DNA of 64,000 nt from Azolla caroliniana. Taxonomy: Eukaryota > Plantae > Polypodiophyta. Made by a program: the position numbers and the translations under genes. Each line of letters opens with the position of its first letter. Position 1 is the first letter of the stretch. The stretch covers positions 8,618,001 through 8,682,000 of the forward strand of contig JBHGNT010000004.1 of assembly GCA_043228905.1 (NCBI GenBank), given 5' to 3'. Under the pieces are notes generated by a model that ran no database searches, was not told the origin of the DNA, and worked only from the letters and a program-made list of their open reading frames with translations. Shown piece after piece: positions 23,390 to 35,834 of this stretch.

Positions 23390-23786
23390 CTTGAGGGGGC
23401 GTGTTGAGAATCAAGCTCAACTTGGTCTAGTGTGTGAACTCACCTTGAGAGTGAAGAGACACTCCAACGGTCAAGAGTCACCATTATGTCACCACTTTGT
23501 ATTCTAGCATTTAGTATGAGTCATAGAATCATATTCTATGACACATAACTTATGAGCTTTCACATTCCCCATGCTCCATGAGTCTTGTAGTTAATGAAGA
23601 GAGAGGGTGACTACATAAAGCACCCTCCTCCCACTTTGTAAGGAGTCGAGTCTTTTTCTCCTTTGTCAATATACTTTTACCTTGCGTATTCTCTGTCTTT
23701 CACTCTCTCTCTCTCTCTCTCTCTTACACACACACATAACTCACATCTCTTCCGCTTCACAAGAATCCATCTCTTGATTCTTTACA
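23390..23786 (+). mobile_element. Copia-type PPT plus LTR (23402-23786); its last 59 bp also occur inverted at 23239-23297
   Basis: GAGGGGGCG then TGTTGAG...CTTTACA; inverted copy with 2 mismatches. Confidence 0.75.
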
Positions 23787-24035
23787 GATGCTAAAAACTA
23801 ACTAAGTGGAATTAAGGGAAAAAGCAAGATGTAATGAGGCATGTTGCTACACAATAGAACATGGATTGACAATATGCAACCAACCAACCTATCAAACTGA
23901 AAGGCCGATTAGGCTAATTGCAAAAAATGGAAAGGATATGATGATTGATCCCAAACCAAGTGAGATCACACCGACGATAGTGTGTTGGCCGATAGAAGGG
24001 TATTGAGATAAGCTATCACAGTTTTACACACCCAA

Positions 24036-24424
24036 TGTTGAGCTTGCCTCTCAACAATTAACTATGTGTCATAGAATCATATTCTATGACACATAACTAA
24101 TTTGTTCCATATTCTCAATGACTAATGAGTCTTCACATTCCTCAAGGTTCTAGAGAGAGAGTGAACATTGTAGTGACTTAATGAAGAGAGAGGGTGACCT
24201 GATATAAAGCACCCTTCTCCTACTTTATAGAGTGTCAGTTGTAACTCCTTGTAATGCTACATTTTGTAATTGGTATTCTCTTTGTTAATACACCTTCTTC
24301 TTGAGTACTTCATTTTCTATCATCTATCTATCTTGTGTTTTCTCTTCTCTCCTTTCTTTCCTCTCACACATACACATAACACACATCTCTTCCGATGCAC
24401 AAGAATCATATCCAATTCTTTACA
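24036..24424 (+). mobile_element. LTR related to 23402-23786, without a matching TSD
   Basis: TGTTGAG...CTTTACA ends; shares gtcatagaatcatattctatgacacataact and taatgaagagagagggtgac blocks; flanks CCCAA and ATGAT differ. Confidence 0.7.
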
Positions 24425-25095
24425 ATGATATTCAGATACCGTTGAGATACTAAGCTCAACTAGGTTTACTAGTGTTGTTATAGATAGAATCTAACTAACT
24501 TAGATTTCAGTGCTCATGAATGAGCCGAATGTACTTCTGTTAGCCCACTACCTTTTTGAGAGGAATATAGGGCTCTATATATAAGAAGCTCACAAGGTAC
24601 GTTTGTAGATGGATCGTTTTTTTTATAGTGAATTGGTGTTCTTCTGTTCTCTTTGGTGCATATTGATTCTCTATATTTGTTGTTGTCTTTATCTCTATTT
24701 TTGTTCCTATTTCTATTTCCATCTCCGTCATTGTTTCGTTCTCAGTTTTTGTCACTGGGTTAGCTGACGATTGTAACCAATAGACACAGTAGATTGAACG
24801 TTCAAACCCAAACGTTTTGTCAAGAAGATTGTGGTAGAGATATGGATTGCTTGATACTAATTCTACACTTAAAGAATAGTTGCACAACAATTAATTATTA
24901 TGATTCAACATATGCTCTTGATCGACTATTAGATATGATATAATCTGTGTAGTAGAGGCTGAATTCGACACAACGACAATTAGAAAAACTTAGAGAGGAA
25001 TCCACAGAGCAGATACTCTAACTACTAAATTTACAATGATCTCGGTCCCTTTTTATAGGTGACCTAAGAGTCTCTCTCTAAGATTACACTTGCCT

Positions 25096-27117
25096 TGTTC
25101 AGCAAGAATCTGAGTGGAATAGGGCTCTGCCACAACCGAGTCTCAATCACTGAATGGAAGAGAGCAGAAAAATAGAAAGTAAGAAGAAGACACAAGATCT
25201 TAACATGGAAAAAACCCTAGTCAGGAAAAAAACACGAGAGCCCATAGACTCCAACTATCACTATGAGAGGGAGGGTACAATGCGAGACTCAAAGGCCACG
25301 ACCTCGAACTCTATGTCTTCGCAAACCGGCGGTTACAACAAAAAACTATCTATGTGTCTCTCGCTCTCTCTGTATCTCTATACAACAATAATGACAACAA
25401 CATTATGAACATCGTTTCCCTAGTTATATTTATACTCATATAACTTTAGGGTTATATAGAAACATGACCTCAATGTTCACCTTTGAACATATTTACTAAT
25501 ATGTTCCTACATGCTGGTTTATACTGGATCCATCCAATCCGGTATCCGGATACCTTCCGGTTCGATCCGGTCTAGTTCCTTCCTTCGGATCGGCTCATTT
25601 GGATCCCATCCGGAGGGACTTGTTTCCCAAAAAACTCCCCCTTCACTCTGGTATGGGATGCCTCGTCATTCCGGTCCATCTCCGGCACACGTCCAGCTTG
25701 TCGGCTGACAACACCTTGGTCAGCATGTCCGACCTGTTATCCTCCGTGTGGATCTTCAATAGCAAAACTCTTTACCTTCTACCTTCTCTCGAAGCTAGTG
25801 ATATCACCTTTAAAGCACCTTTTTCATGTACTTTTCCTATGACAGCCACAAATGCTTCTTTGACCAGTTCCAGATTATGCGCATCCCCAAAATTTGTCTC
25901 GTCGGACCTATATCTTTCATTGCAAATGACCGGCTCAAAGCCTTCTTCAACATTCCAATTTTGATATGGTCCCATCTAACAATCAACATGTAGTCCACAC
26001 ACAACTGTAGTATCAGGAAGTCTCCTCCGTCAAACTTCTTCATGAACACGCAGTGGTCGTCCTGCGTCTTGTTGTATTCTTGGTCGGTCTTGACGGAATC
26101 GAACTTCCGGTACCATTTGCTGGGGAGCTTGCTTCAGTTCGTATAAGCTCTTCTTCAACTGGCATACCAGGTGCTCCTTCCCTTTCTTGACAAATCCCTC
26201 CGGTTGTTGCATGTAGATCTCTTCTTTGAGGTCACCGTGTAGGAACGTCATCTTAACGTCTAGTTTCTCTACCTCGGGGTCCATACTCGCCGCGATGCTC
26301 AACACCGTCCGAATGAATGTCATCTTGACTACCGGGGGGAAGATTTTGTCGAAATCCACTCCTTTCTTCTATTGAAACCCCTTCACCACAATCCGGGCTT
26401 TGTATCTCGGTGGATTTCTGACGTCGCCCGGTTTTAGCTTGTACACCCACTTGTTTCAAAGCGCCCTCTTTCCTTTCGACAACTCCAACAATTCATATGT
26501 GTGGTTCTCATGTAGGTAATCCATCTCATCTTGCATGGCACTTAACCACTTGCGGTTGTGGGTGTCTCTCTTTGCTTCTTCAAAACTTTTCGGCTCCCCC
26601 TCGTCAGTCAGTAAGACATGCTCTGCATCTGGAAATCTCCTGGGGGCCTTTCACTCTCATAGAGGGTATCTATGTCCTTGTTTTTCGACCACCGGTTCCT
26701 CCGTTTGTTCTTCATCCCAATCCGATTCGAGGTCTTGTTTGGTTCCGGTGTCCAAATCTTCTTCTTCAGTCGGTTCAGTTTCTTCGAGGGTCATCCGACT
26801 TTTGATCGGATGGGTCCTTGCTTCTTCTGACCGATCTTTGTTGGTCAACCCGGATTTTGCTATCTTCTTCTCCGACTCCCAGTCGGCAATGGTCTTGTCT
26901 TGCAAATCTATGTCACGATGCGAGACTTAGAGGCAACGACCTCGAGCTCTATCTCTTCGCCAACCGGTGGTTAGAACAGAAAACTATCAGTGTCTCTCTT
27001 GCTCTCTCTCTCTCTGTATCTCTATATAACAATAATGACAACAACATTATGAACATTGTTGCCCTAGTTATATTTATACTCATATAACTTTAGGGTTATT
27101 TACAAATATGACCTCAA
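25096..27117 (-). mobile_element. Heavily deleted copia element: 3' LTR ~25096-25632, PPT, RH and RT fragments, partial second LTR 26930-27117
   Basis: DFDKIFPPVVKMTFIRTVLSIAA, LKKSLYELKQAPQQ; the aacaataatgacaacaacattatgaacat block occurs in both LTR pieces; similar to the 59326 element. Confidence 0.82.
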
Positions 27118-28328
27118 CGGATGAAAATGAAGACATGGAGGAATCTAATTGATCATCGTAGCCGAAATCTCACTTCTTCTCTTCTTGGCACGTACCGGAG
27201 GACGTGCGGTTTGGTGGGGGTGGATGTCGTGAAGATTTTCGGCAATAGTGTGAAAATCCCATAAAACGTACAAAATCGAGTATGAATCATGTAATACAAT
27301 AATTGTGAAGATAACATTTTTAATATCTAAGTACAAAATGATGGAGGTTTCGAATGCACTTTATTACACGAGAAATGGACAACTAAATGTCAAGATATGA
27401 GGGTATAAAGTTTGTGAAAAGAAAAGAGAAAATTGTGAGATATCCCACATAGGCACGACAAATACGGCTCTCATCATATATAAGGTGGAGCAAAAGATAT
27501 TATCTTTGTGTCTATGTGTGGAGCATAGAGAGTTCAAGGTAGCTTGAACTTAGAGTGGAGGTGGCTAGCTACTCGAAAAGGGTTTTGGCCAACCAAAACC
27601 GGACCGGCGATGGAGACGGTGATCCGACGGCATCTGACCGCAATCCGGCGGCGGCATGCGGCACCGGTATCCGGCGTCAGCGTCGGTATCCGGCGGCGGC
27701 ATCCGGCGGCGGCACCGGTATACGGCGTCGGTATCCGGCGTCAGCGGCGGCATCCGGCGGTGGCACCGATATCCGGCGTCGGCATCCGGCGGCGGCACCG
27801 GTATCCGGCGACGGTATCCGGCGAACCGGCGACTAGATAAAATAAATATATAAAAATATATACATATACAAGGAGGGCAAGTATGGATTCGAACCTTGCA
27901 CCTCCAAGTTAGGAGTTAAATGGCTTACCATTAAGCCATAGTATTTAGTTGAAATTATATTTCTATCATTGTACTTTTACATGTAAATTCTCACTAAAAT
28001 GAGTGACATGGTTAGCATGCACCACATGTAATACTTAAGCGCCAAATGGCAAACATGCAATTTACGCATGTCTTGTACCCTCACATGCATCATATGCATG
28101 AGAGCATCTATAAAAGAGGGAAGGGGGAGGAGAAAAACATGGTTTTTTTTATGAAAATTAAGAAGAAGAAATTCGTTATCAAATCAATCGTGTAATCTCA
28201 TCTTCTCTCTTTCCCAATCTATCTTAAGTACTTTCTCGCCAAAGCTTGTATCGACTCTAAATCCTTCTGGTCCAGAACCCCGGCGGTTCCGCCTCACGAT
28301 CCGCGCGTAGTGACGGATCTTCACGACA
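27118..28328 (+). mobile_element. 3' end (INT tail, PPT, 1104-bp LTR 27225-28328) of the fungal-type gypsy family also found at 54042-59325
   Basis: Reverse complement of 54042-55184; the LTR has 12-bp terminal inverted repeats TGTCGTGAAGAT/ATCTTCACGACA. Confidence 0.9.
27871..27945 (-). promoter_or_regulatory. tRNA-derived Pol III type-2 promoter cassette inside the LTR
   Basis: A box TGGCTTAATGG (27938-27928), B box GGTTCGAATCC (27895-27885), 32-nt spacing, D-stem GCTT/AAGC, CTCCTAA anticodon-like loop, T5 at 27856-27852. Confidence 0.75.
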
Positions 28329-29416
28329 ACGGACCAAGCACATTGAGCTGCACTACCATTTTTTCCGTGAGCGTGTCCTTTCTGGTGAAGTCGAACTTCA
28401 ATATGTTCCGACGGATCAGCAGACCGCTGACATCTTCACCAAGTCTCTTGGTCTGGACAAGTTGCGGCAATTTTCGGGTGCGCTTGGGTTGCGTCACTTC
28501 GACGTGCCGAACTTGAGGGGGAGAAACGTCCTAGATGACCACGAAAGGGAGCAGGAAAGCAGCGGAAAAGACCTCGGATCGGCTGAAGAAGCCGAGAGCG
28601 GATCCGCGGAAGAGTCCGAAAGCGAACATAAGGGGAGCAGTCGAAAGAAAGAGCCAAAGCCAGCCAGGCATGGGGGAGGCGAGAAGACCGGAGACGAGTT
28701 GGAGATAGCCAACTCGGATGAGAACGAAAACCGATCGGAGGTAGCCGAGTCGGTTTGGATGTTTGATTCAGATACACTAGATCAACTAAGGGCCAAGCGG
28801 AAAAGAAGGCAACAGGAGAAGCGCCAACACTGCGACAGCAAGGGACCTGTGAAGGGCCGTGGGAGCAAACAAGCCGGCCAGAAGGGTCGAAGCGCGCGGA
28901 GTCGAACTGGCCGAGGAGCGCGAGCAAGGCGTGGAGCTAGGAGAAGCCGGAGCGTAGGTCCAGCAGAGCAGGTGGAACCTCAAGTTGAGATTGAGGGGGA
29001 GTGTTGAGAGACAAGCTCAACATTTGTGTGTAATACGATGCGTAACAAGTGCGTAGACTGGGTGCACAAAACCGGTACGCAGACCGGTGTGTAGAAAGGC
29101 CGTATTGGTGCGTAGACCGAAAGGCCATTAGAAAGATATTCCTTGTAAGGAATAGTTTTGGGAGTAAGTGTCGAGGCTCATTTATGTGCAGTCAAGTACT
29201 GTCAGTACTTGTGTCAGCCCATTGTCAGGGCTTGTATAAAAGTGCTCACTGAGCACATCCTATGTACAGATTGAGTATTATTTTTCGAATTTAAGTTCTT
29301 GTGTTACTCTCTCTCTATCTCTCCTATGTGTACTGTGAAAACCTAAGCTTTCCATTAAACCTGCGTTTTTTTGTTGTTCGGTTTTCCTATATTGCTTCCG
29401 CACGCCATTCTTTTCA
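28329..29416 (+). mobile_element. 3' part of a copia element: RNase H end, charged C-terminal extension, PPT, LTR 29002-29416
   Basis: RTKHIELHYHF...ADIFTKSLG; GAGGGGGAG before TGTTGAG; LTR related to the solo LTR 52460-52879. Confidence 0.85.
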
Positions 29417-29735
29417 TGTCCGAGTACCAACGAGAGACTGCAGAGTCGGGAAGTGGTGGCAAGAAAGGTAAAGTCGGATGCCGGTTCGGATACAAGATGA
29501 TCCAGACAAAATTCTGATCTAAACCAAAATCGACCCGAAAGGGGGCCGACTCGGTCAAAACCGATCAACCGAGTCCGATTCAGTCGAATACGAATCCGAT
29601 CGGAAGCCGATCCAACTGAAAGCCGATCGGACGAGACCGAATCAGAAAAAAGTCAAGGTTGATGAAGACAAGAAAGAGGCCAGGAAAAGACCCTACCACG
29701 GATGACAAGGGGCAAGCGGATTTGAAGGGTATTAT

Positions 29736-32700
29736 TGTTAAGAAATGGAATGGCAAGAGTGGTTGTAATGCAGCAGAAGGTGAGCGTATGTGTGTGTGTG
29801 TATAGTAGCAGAGCGAGAGAGAGAGAGCTCAAGGGAAAGAGATAGACAAAAGTATATATAATATTAACAAAACGAGATACATCCAACAGTGACTAAGTTA
29901 CAATGAGTTGGTTTATATATCAACTAAGCTAGGGCAAGTGCCCTTTCTACTATTTACAAAACTAGCCTAGAATGTCCATGAGCTAGTGTGAAACCTATCT
30001 ATGGGAAGTTGAGTTCAATTCTCAACACGCCCCTTCGAACACAACTTCCATCTATTCGGTTTGAAGTTCAGCGTACATATCTGCGTATGAATGCATATGT
30101 ATCAATGCGTACTCTGTGTACTCTGTGTACTCCCCCTCAAGCTTGGCAATGTGGACGACGTGAGACCAAGATCCGATGCAAATTGCCCGAGCATGTCGAT
30201 GCCTAAGGCCTTCGTAAAGATATCAACGACTTGTAGGTGCGTGCTGATGTGTTGGAGGTCAATTTCTATGGCCTGGACGCGCTCGCGGATGAAGTGGTAG
30301 TGCACTTCGATGTGTTTAGTCCGTGCGTGAAATACGGGGTTATGCGCAAGGTAGATGCTTCTCATGTTGTCGTAGTACAAGCATATTGGATCTTTGATGG
30401 GTACGCCCAGATCTTTTAGTATACGCTTAAGCCATACAACTTCGCATGCGGTGACTGCCACGCCCCTGTATTCGGCTTTAGTGCTCGATTGTGTGACTGT
30501 CGGTTGTTTCTTGCTGCTCCAGGAGATCGCTCTGCTGCGGAGGGAGAAGACGAATCCGGATGTGGATTGTCTATCCGCTTTGTATCATGCCCAGTCCGCG
30601 TCTGTGTACCCTTCAAGTCGAATGGTCGTATTCGACTTATACAGGATGTCGTGATCCATTGTCGTATTGACATACCGTAGTATCCTCTTAGCACAATCGA
30701 GATGAAGGTTACACGGATTCTACGTAAATTGGCTAAGTAGGCCAACCGAATAACTTAGATTGGGTCGCGTAATGGTGAGGTAGATAAAGCTACCGATTAG
30801 TTGGCGATACTGAGTCGGTTCAGTCTCGGTCATGCCAGAACTGGCATCAATCTTGATATTGTGATGAAGAGGGGTAGTCACAGGTTTGCACTTTGTCATT
30901 CCGAATTTGTACAATAGGTTGAGGACGTAGTGCCATTGTGAGATCATTAGCCCAACTGGTGTCCGAATTACTTCAATACCTAGGAAGTAATGAAGTTCGT
31001 GCAGGTCTTTCATTTTGAATCAGCCGGAAAGAAGTAATTTAACTTTGCTAATCTCGGTGAGATCCTTTCCTCCGATGAACAAATCATCCACGTAGAAGAT
31101 GATTATCGGGCTATCCGACTCGTTTCGAATGTACAGGGAAGTGTCGGATTTTCACATCTGAAATCCGACTTGATGAAGATACTGCGTGATCTTCGAATGC
31201 CAAGCACGCGGTGCTTGTTTGAGGCCTTAAAGTGGCCTCTTGAGTCGGCATATGGCATGTGGATGATTACACGATTCAAATCCGGGTGGTTGTGTCATAT
31301 ACACCTCTTCTTCTAGCTCTCCTTGGAGGAAAGTGTTTTTCACGTTCATCTGATGGAGGTGCCACCCTGTTGTTCCTCCTAGCGCGATTACGGTTCGTAT
31401 TGTCATCATCTTTGCCACCGGGGCAAACGTTTCTTCGTAGTCTATGTTGTGTGTCTATGAGTAGGCTTTTGCAACGAGCCATGCTTTGAAGCGATTTACG
31501 AAACCATCAACATTGTGCTTCACCTTGTAAATCCACCTTGGTTTCTTGTTCGGGGGGAGAGGAACGAGATCCCATGTCTCATTTTTGCATAACGCTTCCA
31601 TCTCCTCATTCATCGCGTTGACCCATCGCGGACCCTTTGCAGCTTCGGAAAGCGTTTCCGGTTCCCGTACTGACGCTACCTTCATCATGAATGCGTAATG
31701 ATACGCCATGTATTCATCGTAGCCGTAATGGTTTACGGGGTTCTTCTTGCGTGTGGATCGGCGTGGCTTGTCATTTGCGGGTTCTAGGGGTTTCTTCATG
31801 CCATTCGTGTGGAGGTCAAGGTCTTTGACCTCACTGTCGAGATCGAAATGATCTTCATACTCCTGTATTTTCGCCTTGCCTTTGTCTAGCAGTGGACTCG
31901 ACCAAGATGTGCTTTGATCACTTCGGGGCTCTTGTGGTCCGCTTAGCCATGTTGAGATTGGACTTTCTTCATGCATATGCGTGAGAAGATCTTCGACTTC
32001 TATTCTTATTTCGGTGTCATTCGCATCGAGTGAGGTTGGAGTCGAAGTATTTTCCGGTGCGTACCAAGATGCGTATTCATTGAAGACTACGTCTCGACTT
32101 GTTTGAACCTTACGGTTAGATGGGTTGTAGCCTTTGTACCCCTTCTGTTCGAGTGAGTATCCTACGAGGATACATTTCTCCAACTTTGGGTCAAGCTTTT
32201 TCCACGTATCATCGGGAATATGTACGTAGGCGATAGAGCCGAGAATGCGGACATGCAATAAGTCCGTCTTCTTTCCAAAGAACTGCTCATGAGGAGTTAT
32301 GTCGTGTACTCCTGAGGTCGTGCACCTATTCATGAGGTATACGGTCGTGTTCGCCGCTTCTGCCCAGTACGATTTCGGTAGTTTCTTCTCATTCATCATG
32401 GTTCGTGCGACTTCTACTATGTGGTGGTTTTTACTCTCAGCTACGCCATTTTGCTGAGGTGTATGTCGACACGAGAACTCTTGTCGGACTCCTTCCTTGT
32501 GGAGATACGACGAGAACTCATCCGAAAAATATTCTTTGCCTCCATCTGATCGAAGGCAGCGTACATGCTGGCCCGTGGCTTTTCCACTTCGGCTTTGAAC
32601 TTTTGGAAGTGGCCAAACACTTCACTCTTTTGCTTCATCGGATAAATCCAGGTATTTCTGGAGAAGTTGTCGATGAACGTGACATAGTAACGGCATCCGC

Positions 32701-34691
32701 CGAAAGTAGCTGTTTGGGCTGGTCCCCACATGTCTGAATGTATGACATCCAAGATCCCTTTGCTTACATTCCACTCTTTTGGGAATGGATGACGGCGTTG
32801 CTTTCCGAATTGGCATGCTTCGCACACGCCCGTGATCTCCTTTGCCGTAAAGTTCGGGAGTCTGATTACGACTCCTTTTGTCTGCATGTTCTGAAGCTTC
32901 TGGAGATTGGTGTGGCCGATTCTCTTGTGCCACAACTTTAAGTTGGTTTTGACTTTCTGGCCTTTTGCGTACATGGCCGACTTTACTTCGCTCGAATCGA
33001 GGATGAACATACGGCCTTCTCGTCTGCCGTGAGCTACGATTTGATCGCCTTTTTCAATGAAGCACCCATCGTTGCTACATTCCTTGTTCTACAATCTGCC
33101 TGATCGAGACCAGATTTTTTGTGATGGTGGGAACATGCAGTACGTTCTTGAGGTAGGTCTGTTCGCCATCATTTCCGAATGGGACACTCCCGATATGTTG
33201 TATTGGATGAGTCGTATCATCACCTATTTTGACATATCCAGGATGTTCGGGCTTCCGTAATTACCGAAACCAATCTTCATGGGAAGTCATGTGATTGGAA
33301 GCTCCCGAATCGACAAACCATACACTATTAGGAGTGGAGGCGGTGGTTGTCGCAAATGCAGATATCGAGTGTGCTTTCTGCTTCATTATGAACATTCCGC
33401 CACAATCGTCGTAGTTGGAGTTTGTCGCATAGTTCGTGAGTTGTCGGCTTGCCTCACGTTTCTTCTTTTGGCACTCTTCTTCGTAGTGGCCAGGTTTTCC
33501 GAAGTACTCGCACTCGACTGGGTTTCGGCGATTTCTTGGTCAGGAGTTATGACTGCCCCTTCCTCCAAGCTCTTTGGGCCCGTTCCTGTCCGCTTGCCAC
33601 TGGTGGGAGTTACGCCCTTGATTCCGCCGATCATTATGGCCTTGTCCGAAATGACCTTAGTTTCCACGGCCGAAATCTCTTCTACTATCCGACTCGGAGT
33701 AGAGCAAATGACCATCTGATGTGTTGTTCCTCTGTCGGGCGTGATTCTCTTCGACCAACAATATCGATTGAAGGTCGAAGAAGGAGGGAGGGTTCTCCCT
33801 TGTGAGAATAGCCAATCTAATTGCGCCGAAACGCGGTGCTAAGCCTCCGAGGCATATCTACACCAGTTCGTCATCGTCAATGACGACGTTGATCAATCCA
33901 AGGGTGTCATATAGCTCCTTGATCTTCAAGGTATAGTTGTTGATTGACATGTCCCTTTGTTGAAGATTTTTTAGCTCCTGTCGAAGTTGGAGCTTTTGTG
34001 CGGCCGTATTGGCTGTGAAGATCTTCTTGAGGTTTTCCCACACCTGCTTCGGCGTTTTAGCCTCTCGAATGTAGCCAAGCATATGATCATGAACACATGA
34101 TGCAAGGTAATACAACACACGGCTTGCGGCCTGCTCCCAAGCGGGATAGTCAGCGTGTGTTGGGTTGGGGTGTGATTCGTGAGCTCCTTCGATGTAGCTC
34201 TAGTAGCCTTGTCCAACAAGATATTGATGCATCTTGTATTCCCAAGATGCAAAGTTTGTTTTGTCGAGCTTCTCGATAGGAAGAGCGCTTCCCATTTGAA
34301 TATTCATGGTGATTTCTTCTCGGTCGATGGGTCGGTTCTATTGATCGTAGGCGTGCAGTACAACACAGTCGAAAAATGCTTGATCAAGCAACCACACGCT
34401 CTGATACCATGTTAAGAAATGGAATGGCAAGAGTGGTTGTAATGCAGCGGAAGGTGAGCGTATGTGTGTGTTTGTATAGCAGCACAAAGAGAGAGAGAGA
34501 GAGAGATAGACAAAAGTATATATAATATTAACAAAACGAGATACATCCAACAGTGACTAAGTTACAATGAGTTGGTTTATATATCAACTAAGCTAGGGCA
34601 AACGCCCTTTCTACTCTTTACAAAACTAGCGTAGAATGTCCATGAGCTAGTGTGAAACCTATCTATGGGAAGTTGAGTTCGATTCTCAACA
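29736..34691 (-). mobile_element. Full-length but degenerate Ty1/copia element (4956 bp), TSD ATTAT
   Basis: LTRs 29736-30027 and 34410-34691; TSD at 29731-29735 and 34692-34696; iMet PBS 34398-34409; gag, GAG-pre-integrase, INT, RT, RH fragments broken by frameshifts. Confidence 0.93.
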
Positions 34692-34919
34692 ATTATTAAC
34701 GATGAGATCTCAACAAAGAAGAAAGGCTCTAATGGGAAGAACGTAAACACTAACGTGAGATTCTATGACGAGAGAGAACAAAGAATATGGTGGATCAGAT
34801 GGCGACAATGGTTCGGCTGGAAAGAATGGATATGCTCAAAATGGAGAGACAAAGACAACATTGCGGGACAAACTGAGGATATTACGGATGGAGAATAACG
34901 AGCCCGACAATTTCGGCAC

Positions 34920-35834
34920 CTACTGGAGGATGTGCGGGTTCGGAGGGGGCGAGTGTCCTAGTGTAGTTCGCAGACTATGAGAAATTTGCAGTTTTGGTCC
35001 CTTCGGATGGGACATGGAGACTCGACAATAACCTGATGAAGAGTACCCGGTGAGAACCGGACGAAGCAGACTGGCAAGAGCCGGATGAAGAAGGCTAGTG
35101 AGAGTCAGTGAGAAACGGACAAAGAGGACCCGGTAAGAACCGGATAAAGAAGACCCAGTGAGAACCGGATGAAGCAGACCTGGCCAAAGCCGGATGAAGA
35201 AGGCCAGTGAGAGTCTCTCACCGGATGAAGAGACAAATTTGTAAATAGAAGAAAAGATATTACATGCATAGGGAAGGATTCAAACCCTGTACCTCTACAT
35301 AGACAAACCCCAACCTTACCATTACACTAACATATCATTAGTGTTAAAAAAAGTAAATGTTCCACATAGAAAGGTAAGTCCACACTAGGAGAAACTTTAG
35401 TTAGAAGAAAAGGCATGATAAAAGAAAAAGCTACACATGCACATCTACCGTGCATGAACACTATAGTCGATAGAAAAAACGCATGACTTTAGAAAAAGCA
35501 TGTTAGGTAAAGCATATAGTCTATAGCTAGAGAAAAAGCATGGATTGTGAAGACTCTCTCATCACTATATAAGGATGGGAGCAGTATGTAATAGGGTGTG
35601 AAATATTTGGAAATTGGATATATTTCTTAAAACACCAATTAATAAAATATAATCGTGGGATTCACGAAATTCATATTCTTATATATATATATTGATTAAT
35701 AAAATTAATTATCCTTGTGGGATTCACAAGTTTTCTATATCTCTTTCTTATAATCTATTTATATTCTTATTAGCCTTAAAAGTCTCCTCTTGCTAGTCCA
35801 AAACCTCAGCGGTTCCCACCCAACTACACAACGA
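34920..35834 (+). mobile_element. PPT region and LTR (~34954-35834) of a family related to the 27225-28328 LTR
   Basis: Upstream ctactggaggatgtgcgggttcggaggggg resembles gtaccggaggacgtgcggtttggtggggg; 3' end tagtccaaaacctcagcggttcc resembles tggtccagaaccccggcggttcc; CCGG repeats at 35040-35230; right boundary approximate. Confidence 0.7.
35265..35336 (-). promoter_or_regulatory. Second tRNA-derived Pol III cassette, antisense within the LTR
   Basis: A box TAGTGTAATGG (35329-35319), B box GGTTTGAATCC (35286-35276), 32-nt spacing, T4 at 35255-35252. Confidence 0.65.

Noticed and set aside
24036-24424. Clean solo LTR from intra-element recombination
   Set aside because: Flanking 5-mers differ (CCCAA versus ATGAT); reported only as an LTR remnant.
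27544-27853. Arg/Gly-rich small proteins in several frames (also 54524-54754)
   Set aside because: By-product of stop-free CCGG repeats in the LTR.
27871-27945. Functional tRNA-Arg(CCT) gene (also 54436-54510 and 35265-35336)
   Set aside because: Acceptor stem does not pair and the anticodon and T stems are degenerate; only promoter boxes and the D-arm remain.
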